Shown: one piece after another, positions 49,237-58,752 of the stretch
How positions within the stretch are numbered: the stretch's first letter is position 1
Layout: each line of letters starts with the position of its first letter
DNA from: Bacteroidota bacterium
GTDB lineage: Bacteria; Bacteroidota; Bacteroidia; Bacteroidales; GWA2-32-17
DNA length: 64,000 nt
Assembly: GCA_037441645.1 (NCBI GenBank)
Contig: JBBIRU010000012.1
Span: 86,863 to 150,862 of the forward strand
Direction: 5' to 3'
Notes under the pieces: generated by a model
What the model was told of the DNA's origin: nothing
Database searches by the model: none
The model's input: only the letters and a program-made list of their open reading frames with translations
Position numbers and translations under genes: made by a program

Positions 49237-50553
49237 TTGGAAACGAAAATTCTTTTGGCGAATATTGAAACTCCTGAGTTTGGAAAGTTTGACACTTTCA
49301 GGAAACAGGGAGGTTATGCAGCGGTTGAAAAAACGCTGAAAACCATGTCGCCGGAGAATGTAGTGGAAGAAGTTAAAAAATCCGGACTTCGTGGGCGAGG
49401 TGGTGCTGGTGTCTTCAATGAAATCGCCTGGAGTTTTATTGATAAAAGCACCAACAATCCACGTTATTTGTTATGTAATGCGGACGAAGGTGAGCCGGGA
49501 ACATTCAAAGATCATTACCTGATTCTTAAAAATCCTCATTTACTGATTGAAGGAATGATTATTTCGAGTTTTGCTCTCGGTGCTAATACTTCGTATATTT
49601 TCCTTAGAGGCGAATGGTTCTACCTGATGAAGATTCTTGATCAGGCTATTCAGGAAGCATATGCCAACGGATTTCTTGGTAAAAATATTTTAGGCACAAA
49701 TTATTCTCTCGATTTATATTGTCACCCGGGTGGAGGGGCATACATCTGCGGTGAGGAAACAGCCTTAATAGAAGCTCTGGAAGGAAATCGTGGTAACCCG
49801 CGCATGAAGCCACCCTTTCCAGCAGTTAAAGGTTTGTATGGAAATCCTACTTGCGTTAACAACGTGGAAACAATTGCCGCTGTTCCATGGATTATTAATA
49901 ATAGCGGAGACGAATATGCAAAAGTTGGAATCGGAAAAAGTACCGGAACAAAGTTAATCTCCGCTTGCGGTCATATAAATAAACCGGGTGTATATGAAAT
50001 CGAAATGGGACTTCCGGTAGAAGAATTTATTTATTCTGAAAAATATCTGGCCGGAATTAAAAACGGTAAAAAATTAAAAGCTGTTATTGCCGGAGGAAGC
50101 TCTGTTCCAATTCTACCCGCTGAATTAATTCTGAAAACAGCCAAAGGTAAACCCCGTTTACTTTCTTATGAATCTCTTGCCGATGGCGGTTTTGAAACAG
50201 GAACCATGTTAGGATCCGGTGGCTTTATTGTGATGGATGAAACAACGTGCATTGTGAAGAGTCTTTTAAACTATACCCGGTTCTATCATCACGAATCATG
50301 CGGACAATGCAGTCCCTGCCGTGAAGGAACCGGATGGATGGAAAAAATATTGCACCGGATTGAACACGGGGATGGAAAAATGCACGATATTGATTTGCTT
50401 GCCGACATTGCAAAACACATTGAAGGAAATACTATTTGTCCTTTAGGAGAAGCAGCTGCGTGGCCTGTTCGTTCTTCTGTTCTTCATTTCCGTGAAGAAT
50501 TTGAAACACATGTAAAAAATAAAAAATGTACTTTTAACCTATGGTTAAAGTAA
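49237..50553 (+). CDS. nuoF: NADH-quinone oxidoreductase subunit F (TTG start in the ORF track)
   Basis: SGLRGRGGAG..., CNADEGEPGTFKD, GGGAYICGEETALIEALEG, ESCGQCSPCREG, ICPLGEAA. Residues 59-64 diverge from the usual FMN-loop motif (see findings). Confidence 0.85.
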   Translation: METKILLANIETPEFGKFDTFRKQGGYAAVEKTLKTMSPENVVEEVKKSGLRGRGGAGVFNEIAWSFIDKSTNNPRYLLCNADEGEPGTFKDHYLILKNPHLLIEGMIISSFALGANTSYIFLRGEWFYLMKILDQAIQEAYANGFLGKNILGTNYSLDLYCHPGGGAYICGEETALIEALEGNRGNPRMKPPFPAVKGLYGNPTCVNNVETIAAVPWIINNSGDEYAKVGIGKSTGTKLISACGHINKPGVYEIEMGLPVEEFIYSEKYLAGIKNGKKLKAVIAGGSSVPILPAELILKTAKGKPRLLSYESLADGGFETGTMLGSGGFIVMDETTCIVKSLLNYTRFYHHESCGQCSPCREGTGWMEKILHRIEHGDGKMHDIDLLADIAKHIEGNTICPLGEAAAWPVRSSVLHFREEFETHVKNKKCTFNLWLK

Positions 50554-51479
50554 CAATCGATAATATAGAAATTGAAGTCGAACCCGGCACTACAATTTTG
50601 AATGCCGCACGAAAGATTGGAGGGAAAATTGTTCCTCCCGCCATGTGTTATTATTCAAAATTAAAAGATACCGGTGGAAAATGCAGAACCTGCCTGGTAA
50701 AAGTAACAAAGGGTTCAGAGAAAGACCCACGCCCTATGCCCAAGCTGGTACCTTCATGTTCAACAGTTGTGCAGGATGGAATGGTTGTTCAAAACATTAC
50801 TTCACCTGAAGTTCTCGAAGCCAGAAAAGCCATAGTTGAATTTTTATTAATCAATCATCCCCTCGATTGCCCTGTGTGCGATCAGGCCGGCGAATGTGAT
50901 TTACAAAACCTTTCCTACGAACATGGATTAGTAGAAACCCGTTACGAAGAAGAAAGAAGAACATTTGAAAAGATTGATATCGGTGATAAGATTCAGCTGC
51001 ACATGACTCGTTGTATATTGTGTTACAGATGTGTGTTTGTTGCCGATCAACTCACAGATAAAAGAGTTCACGGAATCATGAATCGAGGCGATGTAGCCGA
51101 AATCAGCACCTATATTAAAAATTCAGTGGATAATGAATTTTCGGGAAACATGATTGATGTTTGTCCGGTAGGCGCATTGACTGATAAAACATTCCGCTTT
51201 AAGAGCCGCGTTTGGTTTGCAAAACCGTATGACGCTCACAGAAATTGTACACATTGTGGCGGAAAGGTTGTTGTATGGATGGCCGGAAAAGATATTTTAA
51301 GAGTTACCGGCAGAAAAGACAAATATGGAGAGGTAGAAGAATTTATTTGCAATGAATGCCGCTTTGATAAGAAAGAATTGAAAGACTGGGAAATGGAAGG
51401 ACCACGTGAAATCAGCCGTGAATCTGTTATTTCGCAGAATCATTATATGGTAAAAAATAAATCTGACAAAAAACGTTAA
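50541..51479 (+). CDS. nuoG: NADH-quinone oxidoreductase subunit G, short form (Fe-S N-terminal module only)
   Basis: 2Fe-2S ligands (CYYS...CRTCLV...SC), HPLDCPVCDQAGEC, CILCYRCV...CPVGAL. 312 aa, with nuoH starting at its stop codon. Confidence 0.85.
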   Translation: MVKVTIDNIEIEVEPGTTILNAARKIGGKIVPPAMCYYSKLKDTGGKCRTCLVKVTKGSEKDPRPMPKLVPSCSTVVQDGMVVQNITSPEVLEARKAIVEFLLINHPLDCPVCDQAGECDLQNLSYEHGLVETRYEEERRTFEKIDIGDKIQLHMTRCILCYRCVFVADQLTDKRVHGIMNRGDVAEISTYIKNSVDNEFSGNMIDVCPVGALTDKTFRFKSRVWFAKPYDAHRNCTHCGGKVVVWMAGKDILRVTGRKDKYGEVEEFICNECRFDKKELKDWEMEGPREISRESVISQNHYMVKNKSDKKR

Positions 51480-52510
51480 TGGAATTTGCCACTATTATAT
51501 TCAAAGTTGTTCTGCTTTTCGTGATATTTGTTATTACTTTAGTGGTAGCGATGTATGCGACCTGGGCAGAAAGAAAAGTGGCAGCTTTTATTCAGGACAG
51601 GCGTGGGCCCAACCGTGCGGGTCCCATGGGATTGCTACAACCTCTGGCCGACGGTTTAAAAATGTTCATGAAGGAAGAAATTATTCCCATGACAGCCAAT
51701 CGGGTTTTATTTATTATGGGTCCGAGTATTGCCATGACCACCGCATGTTTAACAGGTGCTATTATTCCCTGGGGAGGAAATTTAACAATTAATAATAAAA
51801 TTTATTCGCTTCAGATTACCGATTTAAATATTGGTATACTTTACATTTTCGCCATGGTTTCAATCGGTGTATATGGAATCATGATCGGTGGCTGGGCATC
51901 CAACAATAAATATTCTCTGCTTGGTTCTATCCGTGCTGCTTCGCAGATGATCAGTTACGAACTTGCCATGGGTTTATCAATTATTACTCTTGTATTAACA
52001 ACAGATACTTTAAGTCTCAGCGAAATTGTAAATCAGCAGCAGGGCTGGCACTGGAACGTAATTTATCATCCTGCCGGATTTCTTATTTTTTTAATCTGTG
52101 CCTTTGCGGAATGCAACCGTTCCCCTTTTGATTTACCGGAATGTGAAACGGAACTAATCGGCGGTTATCACACAGAATTTAGCAGTATGAAACTTGGTTT
52201 TTATCTTTTTGCAGAATATATAAACATGTTTATTTCCTCGGCAGTTATTACCACTCTTTATTTTGGTGGTTACCAGATGCCATTTCTTCATCATCTGCAT
52301 GTTTCATCAAATATGATTACTATTCTCGGAGCTCTTTTCTTCTTTCTGAAAATATTCTTCTTTATGTTTTTGTTCATGTGGGTTCGCTGGACATTACCCC
52401 GTTTCAGATTTGACCAGCTGATGAATCTGGGTTGGAAAAGATTATTACCACTGGGATTAATTAACATGTTTATTACAGCACTTATAATTTTATTAAAAGA
52501 ATATTTGTAG
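51479..52510 (+). CDS. nuoH: NADH-quinone oxidoreductase subunit H
   Basis: AFIQDRRGPNRAGPMGLLQPLADGLK...PFDLPECETELIGGYHTEFS. Confidence 0.9.
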   Translation: MEFATIIFKVVLLFVIFVITLVVAMYATWAERKVAAFIQDRRGPNRAGPMGLLQPLADGLKMFMKEEIIPMTANRVLFIMGPSIAMTTACLTGAIIPWGGNLTINNKIYSLQITDLNIGILYIFAMVSIGVYGIMIGGWASNNKYSLLGSIRAASQMISYELAMGLSIITLVLTTDTLSLSEIVNQQQGWHWNVIYHPAGFLIFLICAFAECNRSPFDLPECETELIGGYHTEFSSMKLGFYLFAEYINMFISSAVITTLYFGGYQMPFLHHLHVSSNMITILGALFFFLKIFFFMFLFMWVRWTLPRFRFDQLMNLGWKRLLPLGLINMFITALIILLKEYL

Positions 52511-52521
52511 TAACAAATAAT

Positions 52522-53097
52522 ATGGAAAAATTAACAGGCAGATCGAAAATAGTTTCTGACAAAAAGTTATCTTTTTGGGAGAGTATCTATTTGCCTGCTA
52601 TTATAGGAGGAATGTTTATCACCATTAAACATTTCTTTGGGAAAAAAGTTACCATAAATTCACCTGAACAAACAAGAAAAAGATCGGATGTTTACAGAGG
52701 ATTACATGTCTTAAAAAGAGATGATGAAGGTCGCGAACGTTGTACTGCCTGTGGATTATGCGCACTTGCCTGTCCGGCTGAAGCCATTACTATGATAGCT
52801 GCTGAAAGAAAACCGGGAGAAGAGCATTTGTATCGCGAAGAAAAATATGCTTCCGTTTACGAAATAGATATGCTACGCTGTATTTTTTGTGGCGATTGTG
52901 AGGAGGCCTGCCCGAAAGAAGCTATTTTCTTAACCGACCGACTGGTTGACAGCGAATACAAAAGAAAAACTTTTGTTTATGGTAAAGACATTTTAGTGGA
53001 ACCGGTTGATAAAGATAAACGGATAGATGTTTCAAAACGACAGACACCTGAGGTTCTCGAATTTAAAAAGAATAAAAAATTAACTCATAACAAATAA
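52522..53097 (+). CDS. nuoI: NADH-quinone oxidoreductase subunit I
   Basis: Two 4Fe-4S ferredoxin motifs, CTACGLCALACP and CIFCGDCEEACP. Confidence 0.9.
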   Translation: MEKLTGRSKIVSDKKLSFWESIYLPAIIGGMFITIKHFFGKKVTINSPEQTRKRSDVYRGLHVLKRDDEGRERCTACGLCALACPAEAITMIAAERKPGEEHLYREEKYASVYEIDMLRCIFCGDCEEACPKEAIFLTDRLVDSEYKRKTFVYGKDILVEPVDKDKRIDVSKRQTPEVLEFKKNKKLTHNK

Positions 53098-53098
53098 G

Positions 53099-53599
53099 AT
53101 GGCATTTCTTTTTTACCTGTTGGCTGGTATTGCACTTTTGAGCGGACTCATGGTAGTTCTTTCAAAAAGTCCCATCAATAGCGTAATATATCTTATTGTT
53201 TGCTTTCTTGCTATTGCCGGGCATTATATTTTGCTGAATGCTCAGTTTCTTGCTGTGGTTCATATCATCGTATATACAGGTGCAATAATGGTTGTATTCC
53301 TCTTTGTTATTATGCTCCTGAACCTAAACAAGACCAATGAACCGCACAAATCGGTAATGACAAAAATAATGGCCGTCATCTCGGGAGGAATGTTATTTCT
53401 TGTGCTTATTGCCGCAGCCAAAGGTGTAAACGATATGATTGTAACAAAAGAATTCGATGCAAACATTGGATTAGTAGCTAATCTTGGAAGAATATTATAT
53501 ACCGATTATATGATTCCTTTTGAAGCTTCGTCGGTATTGTTTCTCTCGGCCATGGTGGGTGCCGTTATGTTAGGTAAAAAAGATAAAAAGATAAGATAA
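53099..53599 (+). CDS. nuoJ: NADH-quinone oxidoreductase subunit J
   Basis: Operon position, 166-aa polytopic protein, VVHIIVYTGAIMVVFLFVIMLL. Confidence 0.85.
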   Translation: MAFLFYLLAGIALLSGLMVVLSKSPINSVIYLIVCFLAIAGHYILLNAQFLAVVHIIVYTGAIMVVFLFVIMLLNLNKTNEPHKSVMTKIMAVISGGMLFLVLIAAAKGVNDMIVTKEFDANIGLVANLGRILYTDYMIPFEASSVLFLSAMVGAVMLGKKDKKIR

Positions 53600-53928
53600 T
53601 GGAAAATATTACCTCAGCTATACGAATCATACCTTTAGAACACTATTTATACCTGTGCCTCGGATTATTCTCCATTGGTATTATTGGCGTATTGTTCCGT
53701 CGTAACACCATCGTCATTCTGATGTGTATTGAAATGATGCTGAATTCCGTTAATCTTCTTCTGGCAGCATTTTCGGCATACAGGTCGGATGCGTCAGGAC
53801 AGGTATTTGTATTCTTTATAATGGTAGTGGCAGCAGCAGAAGTGGCCGTAGGTTTGTCGATACTGGTAATGATGAAACGAAATGTAGATTCTATTGATAT
53901 TAACTTATTAAATAAATTAAAAGACTGA
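53599..53928 (+). CDS. nuoK: NADH-quinone oxidoreductase subunit K
   Basis: 109 aa, 3 TM helices, MCIEMMLNSVNLLL...AAAEVAVGLSIL. Confidence 0.9.
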   Translation: MENITSAIRIIPLEHYLYLCLGLFSIGIIGVLFRRNTIVILMCIEMMLNSVNLLLAAFSAYRSDASGQVFVFFIMVVAAAEVAVGLSILVMMKRNVDSIDINLLNKLKD

Positions 53929-53930
53929 GC

Positions 53931-55835
53931 ATGTTTCAGAGTTCATGGCTCATATTATTGTTCCCGTTGTTAGGATTTGCCCTCACAGGTATTTTCCATA
54001 AAAAACTTTCCGGAAATTCTTCCGGAATCATTGCAAGTGTAATGGTTCTTGCATCTTTTATCTATTCTTCAGTTCTGTTTTTTCAAATAAGGCAACTTGT
54101 TAACCCATCCGTTTCAGTTGACTTATTTAACTGGTTCCATATTGGAAAACTTTCCTTATCCTTTGGTTTTCTCCTCGACCCGCTTTCTGTCACCATGATG
54201 ATGATTATTACCGGAGTGGGTTTCCTTATTCATGTTTTTTCTGCGGGTTATATGCATCATGACGAAAGAATAAGCACTTATTTTTCGCAGCTCAATCTCT
54301 TTGTTTTCTCCATGCTCCTGCTTGTGATGAGTTCCAATTACCTGTTGATGTTTGTGGGTTGGGAAGGCGTTGGATTATGTTCTTATCTATTAATCGGATT
54401 CTGGTACAAAAAAGATGCTTTTAACAATGCAGCCCGAAAGGCATTTATCATGAACCGCATTGGTGACCTTGGTTTTATCATCGGATTAATTGCCATCTTC
54501 ATCACATTTCATTCCCTCGATTTCAATATTGTTTTCCTGCAGACAACTCAGTTTTCGGGAGGAGAATTCATCATCACATTTATTACACTCATGTTATTTG
54601 TTGGTGCTATTGGAAAAAGTGCACAGATTCCTTTGTTCACCTGGCTTCCCGATGCTATGGCCGGACCTACTCCTGTTTCTGCCTTAATTCATGCAGCCAC
54701 CATGGTCACGGCAGGTATTTATCTTGTAGCACGCAGCAGTTCTTTATTTGTTCTTGCACCTTTAACCATGAACGTAATTCTTGTAGCAGGAATTACAACA
54801 GCTTTAGTTGCTGCCATCATAGCACTATTGCAAAATGACATTAAAAAAATTCTGGCCTATTCAACCGTTAGCCAATTGGGACTGATGTTTGTTGCCCTGG
54901 GATTGGGAGCTTTCTCTACTTCCGTTTTTCATGTAACAACTCATGCCTTTTTTAAAGCTTTACTCTTCCTTGGAGCTGGTAGTATCATTCACTCTTTGCA
55001 AGGTCAGCAGGACATCCGTTTGATGGGTGGTATCAGAAAAAATATGCCCATAACATTTATCACATTTTTTATTGCGGTTCTTGCTATTTCGGGAATACCC
55101 CCTTTTTCAGGCTTTTTCTCAAAAGATGAAATTTTAACAGCTGCTTTTCATTCCAATATTATTGTCTGGATATTGACAGTAATAACTTCATTGCTTACCA
55201 GTTTTTATATGTTCCGTTTATTATTTCTGGTTTTCTACGGATCTTATCGCGGAGATTCAACAACGTTTACTAAAATTCACGAATCTCCAAAAGTCATGAC
55301 AATTCCTCTCGCAATACTGGCCATACTGGCCTTTGCCGGAGGCTTTCTGAATATTCCGGCGATGTTCGGCGGCAGCGAAAGTTTTGCGCATTTTCTTCAA
55401 CCGGTAATAACCATAATTCATGATTATTCTGCTGAAATCCCTAACAATCTTCGGGAAATTATTCTTGCAACCATAGTATTATTATTGATCATTGTTACCA
55501 TTTTTGTTTCGTGGTATGTCTTTGTGAAAAAATCTACCGTTCCTATAGCCGATATAACTAAACGAGGACTGATCTCTAATTTTGTTTACCGTAAATTTTA
55601 CTTCGACGAGATATATCACTTTTTTATTGTTAAACCCTATCAATGGCTTGCAGAAAAATTCACCTCGTTTATTGAAATCAAAATCATCGATAATTTTGTG
55701 AACGGAATGGGTTCACTGGTTTTGTTTGTCGGAAATAAAGTGCGGTTGATTCAGAATGGAAGTATTGGTTTTTACATGTTCATGATGATTATTGCCTTGA
55801 TTTCAATGATTGCCTGTATAATCTGGATAAAATAG
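53931..55835 (+). CDS. nuoL: NADH-quinone oxidoreductase subunit L
   Basis: MFVGWEGVGLCSYLLIGFW...GKSAQIPLFTWLPDAMAGPTPVSALIHAATMV. Confidence 0.9.
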   Translation: MFQSSWLILLFPLLGFALTGIFHKKLSGNSSGIIASVMVLASFIYSSVLFFQIRQLVNPSVSVDLFNWFHIGKLSLSFGFLLDPLSVTMMMIITGVGFLIHVFSAGYMHHDERISTYFSQLNLFVFSMLLLVMSSNYLLMFVGWEGVGLCSYLLIGFWYKKDAFNNAARKAFIMNRIGDLGFIIGLIAIFITFHSLDFNIVFLQTTQFSGGEFIITFITLMLFVGAIGKSAQIPLFTWLPDAMAGPTPVSALIHAATMVTAGIYLVARSSSLFVLAPLTMNVILVAGITTALVAAIIALLQNDIKKILAYSTVSQLGLMFVALGLGAFSTSVFHVTTHAFFKALLFLGAGSIIHSLQGQQDIRLMGGIRKNMPITFITFFIAVLAISGIPPFSGFFSKDEILTAAFHSNIIVWILTVITSLLTSFYMFRLLFLVFYGSYRGDSTTFTKIHESPKVMTIPLAILAILAFAGGFLNIPAMFGGSESFAHFLQPVITIIHDYSAEIPNNLREIILATIVLLLIIVTIFVSWYVFVKKSTVPIADITKRGLISNFVYRKFYFDEIYHFFIVKPYQWLAEKFTSFIEIKIIDNFVNGMGSLVLFVGNKVRLIQNGSIGFYMFMMIIALISMIACIIWIK

Positions 55836-55836
55836 A

Positions 55837-57291
55837 ATGTATACATTAATCCTCATATTAATCCCACTCCTTGGAAGCCTTTCGGTTCTCTTTTTTAAGA
55901 ATCCAAAGCTGGTGCGTTTGATTACACTGATTATTACGTTAGGTCAACTCGGTTTAACAGCGTACACCTATTTTATTTTTGAACATGTTTGTCCCTGTAA
56001 TTTTAAAGAAAATATTCCCTGGATTCCTTCGCTTGGAATTAATTTTCACGTTGCTCTTGACGGAATCAGTTTATTAATGGTGGTTCTGACTAATCTTCTT
56101 CTTCCCTTAATAATTCTTTCAGGTTTTGGACGAAAACAGGAAAAAGTCAATATTTTTTACTCACTAATCCTGTTCATGCAAACTGCACTTATTGGTGTAT
56201 TTGTTTCTCAAAATGCAGTGCTGTTCTATATTTTCTGGGAACTTGCCCTGATTCCTATTTATTTTATTGTGTTGTTATGGGGCGGTGAGCGTCGTCAGAC
56301 AATCACTTTAAAATTCTTTATTTATACACTGGTCGGAAGTTTATTCATGCTTGTTGCCTTTATTTATTTATTCCACCTCACAGCCAAAGGATCTTTTGAA
56401 TTAAAAGATTTTTATGGTCTTTCGATTTCAGCCCACAACCAGAACCGGATCTTTTTATTTATGTTTCTTGCCTTTGCCATTAAAATGCCGTTGTTTCCAT
56501 TCCACACATGGCAACCGGATACCTATACCACCGCTCCCACACAAGGCTCCATGCTGCTTTCGGGTATAATGTTAAAAATGGGAATTTATGGTGCCATTCG
56601 CTGGCTGATTCCTGTTACACCTCTGGCTCTGGCCACCTGGCAAAATACAATAGTTATTCTCTCAGTTATTGGGGTTGTTTACGCTTCTTTCCTTGCCTTC
56701 AGACAAAAAGACCTGAAGCGGATGATTGCCTATTCCTCTATTGCACATGTGGGTTTGATTGGTGCAGGAATTTTTGCCGGAACATTTCATTCCATGCAGG
56801 GAGTTATGGTGCAGCTTTTTGCACACGGCATTTATGTAGTAGGGTTATTTTATATTTCAGACATACTTGAAGACAGGCTCAAAACCCGCCAAATTTCAGA
56901 CTTTGGCGGAATACGTAAAATCGCAGGAAATTTTACCATCCTGTTTTTTATCATTCTCCTGGGCAGTATCGCCCTTCCATTAACGAGTGGTTTTATTGGT
57001 GAATTTTTACTATTGTTAGGAATCTATGAATTTAATCCCTGGTTCACGGCCATTGGAGGACTGGGAATGATAATGGGTGCGGTTTATATGCTTTTCATGT
57101 ATCAGAGAATCATGCTGGGTGAAACAAATAATTTAACTGCCGGATTTAAAGATCTGAAAAAACATGAATGGTTTGTGCTGGTTCCCATTTGTATTTTAAT
57201 CCTGTTCTTCGGAATTCACCCGCAATCCATTTTAGATTTAACACAGGCTGCAGCTTATGAAATTATAAATCATTTAACTCTTATAAAATAA
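55837..57291 (+). CDS. nuoM: NADH-quinone oxidoreductase subunit M
   Basis: FWELALIPIYFIV...AIKMPLFPFHTWQPDTYTTAPT...AYSSIAHVG. Confidence 0.9.
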   Translation: MYTLILILIPLLGSLSVLFFKNPKLVRLITLIITLGQLGLTAYTYFIFEHVCPCNFKENIPWIPSLGINFHVALDGISLLMVVLTNLLLPLIILSGFGRKQEKVNIFYSLILFMQTALIGVFVSQNAVLFYIFWELALIPIYFIVLLWGGERRQTITLKFFIYTLVGSLFMLVAFIYLFHLTAKGSFELKDFYGLSISAHNQNRIFLFMFLAFAIKMPLFPFHTWQPDTYTTAPTQGSMLLSGIMLKMGIYGAIRWLIPVTPLALATWQNTIVILSVIGVVYASFLAFRQKDLKRMIAYSSIAHVGLIGAGIFAGTFHSMQGVMVQLFAHGIYVVGLFYISDILEDRLKTRQISDFGGIRKIAGNFTILFFIILLGSIALPLTSGFIGEFLLLLGIYEFNPWFTAIGGLGMIMGAVYMLFMYQRIMLGETNNLTAGFKDLKKHEWFVLVPICILILFFGIHPQSILDLTQAAAYEIINHLTLIK

Positions 57292-57293
57292 AA

Positions 57294-58670
57294 ATGCTTT
57301 CGATTATAACCATAGCAATCACAGGTGTTCTTCTTCTTTACTTAGGTTTCCTAAAGAACAGGGTCATCTATATTACTGTGGCTATTGCAGGACTTGTTAC
57401 AGCTCTTGGACTTTCATTTTTCTCATGGAATTCCGCAGAAACAGGATTTGCTGACATGCTGATTTTTGACCATTATTCTGTAGCCTTCAACTCTGTTATG
57501 ATTTTTTCCACTTTGTTAATTATTCTGTTGGCACCTCACTATTTTAAAGGAATTGAAAAGAATGTTTCAGAGATTTATGCCCTCATGCTTTTTTCACTTT
57601 CCGGTGCCTGCATGGTAACTTCCTTCGATAATTTAACTATGTTATTCATTGGTATAGAAACCATGTCGATTCCTTTGTATATCCTTGCCGGAAGCAAAAA
57701 ATTCTCCATCCGTTCCAACGAAGCTTCCTTCAAATATTTTATTTTCAGTTCCCTTGCGACAGCTATTTTTCTGTTAGGAATTACCCTGGTTTACGGTATG
57801 ATTGGTTCTTTTCATATCGAAGAAATTTCAAATTATTTTACAACTGCCAAAGAAATCCCTTCCATTCTGAAACTTGGCATTGTATTATTAGTTATCAGTT
57901 TTGGATTTAAAATAGCTGCCGTTCCTTTCCATTTCTGGGCTCCCGATGTGTATGAAGGCTCTCCGACTCTCATCACGGCCTTTATGGCGACCGTTGTTAA
58001 GATTGCAGGTTTTGCTGCATTCTATAAATTGTTATCCTCATGTTTTATTTCTGTTCCGGGAGCATGGCACCACCTTATCATAGGCTTTGCAGTTCTTTCT
58101 TTAATTGTAGGGAACCTCGGAGCCATCAGGCAAAAAGACGTAAAAAGAATGCTTGCTTATTCGAGTATTTCGCATACGGGATTTATGTTATTTGCCATAC
58201 TCTCGCTTAATACTTTCTCGGCAAGTGCATTATTGTATTATTCTTTTGCCTATGCCTTATCAACCATTGCTGCTTTTGGAGTATTAATGGTTGTTAAGAA
58301 TCACATGAGTGCTGATGGTTCTGTAGATGCATTTAACGGACTTGGCAAAAAGAATCCGATTTTTGCTTTCGTAATGACTATTTCCATGCTCTCAATGGCA
58401 GGGATTCCGGTTACAGCTGGCTTCTTTGCAAAATACTATATTTTTGTTTCTGCTCTACAGGGAGGTCTGTTGTGGATGGTTGTTATTGGTATTCTCGCAG
58501 CCCTCGTCGGTGTTGCCTATTATCTGAGACTAATTATTGCCATGTATGCAAAAACCAGCGATACGGAAAAAATAACCACAAGTCCACTTTACGTATTTTC
58601 ACTGCTCATTGCAACAATTCTGATTCTTGCAGCAGGGATTCTGCCAAATCTTGTAATTTCACTTATTTAA
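57294..58670 (+). CDS. nuoN: NADH-quinone oxidoreductase subunit N
   Basis: FKIAAVPFHFWAPDVYEGSPT...LAYSSISHTG. It is the last gene of the operon. Confidence 0.9.
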   Translation: MLSIITIAITGVLLLYLGFLKNRVIYITVAIAGLVTALGLSFFSWNSAETGFADMLIFDHYSVAFNSVMIFSTLLIILLAPHYFKGIEKNVSEIYALMLFSLSGACMVTSFDNLTMLFIGIETMSIPLYILAGSKKFSIRSNEASFKYFIFSSLATAIFLLGITLVYGMIGSFHIEEISNYFTTAKEIPSILKLGIVLLVISFGFKIAAVPFHFWAPDVYEGSPTLITAFMATVVKIAGFAAFYKLLSSCFISVPGAWHHLIIGFAVLSLIVGNLGAIRQKDVKRMLAYSSISHTGFMLFAILSLNTFSASALLYYSFAYALSTIAAFGVLMVVKNHMSADGSVDAFNGLGKKNPIFAFVMTISMLSMAGIPVTAGFFAKYYIFVSALQGGLLWMVVIGILAALVGVAYYLRLIIAMYAKTSDTEKITTSPLYVFSLLIATILILAAGILPNLVISLI

Positions 58671-58715
58671 CGGTTTGGCACCGACTGCCCGGTTTTTACC
58701 AAACGTGTGTTACCA
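58665..58715 (-). repeat. attC-like site E (short, 51 nt), a possible distal end of the array that overlaps the nuoN stop codon
   Basis: + strand ATTTAAC-GGTTTGG...CCAAAC-GTGT-GTTACCA. On the cassette-sense strand R' is GTTAAAT, a perfect GTTRRRY match. It shares TAACGGTT with sites A and D, and GTGTGTTA with A and C. It could instead be just the nuoN terminator. Confidence 0.3.
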
Positions 58716-58752
58716 TCAGTGTTTCTTTTTTGTCCTTGTTTTTTTTTTGTTG

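Noticed and set aside
50541-51479. NuoG is only 312 aa, far shorter than the proteobacterial and Thermus NuoG/Nqo3 as I recall them. Is it truncated or a pseudogene?
   Set aside because: The ORF ends cleanly and nuoH starts at its stop codon. All N-terminal Fe-S motifs are intact, and no downstream frame encodes the molybdopterin-like domain. As far as I recall, this short form is normal for Bacteroidota complex I.
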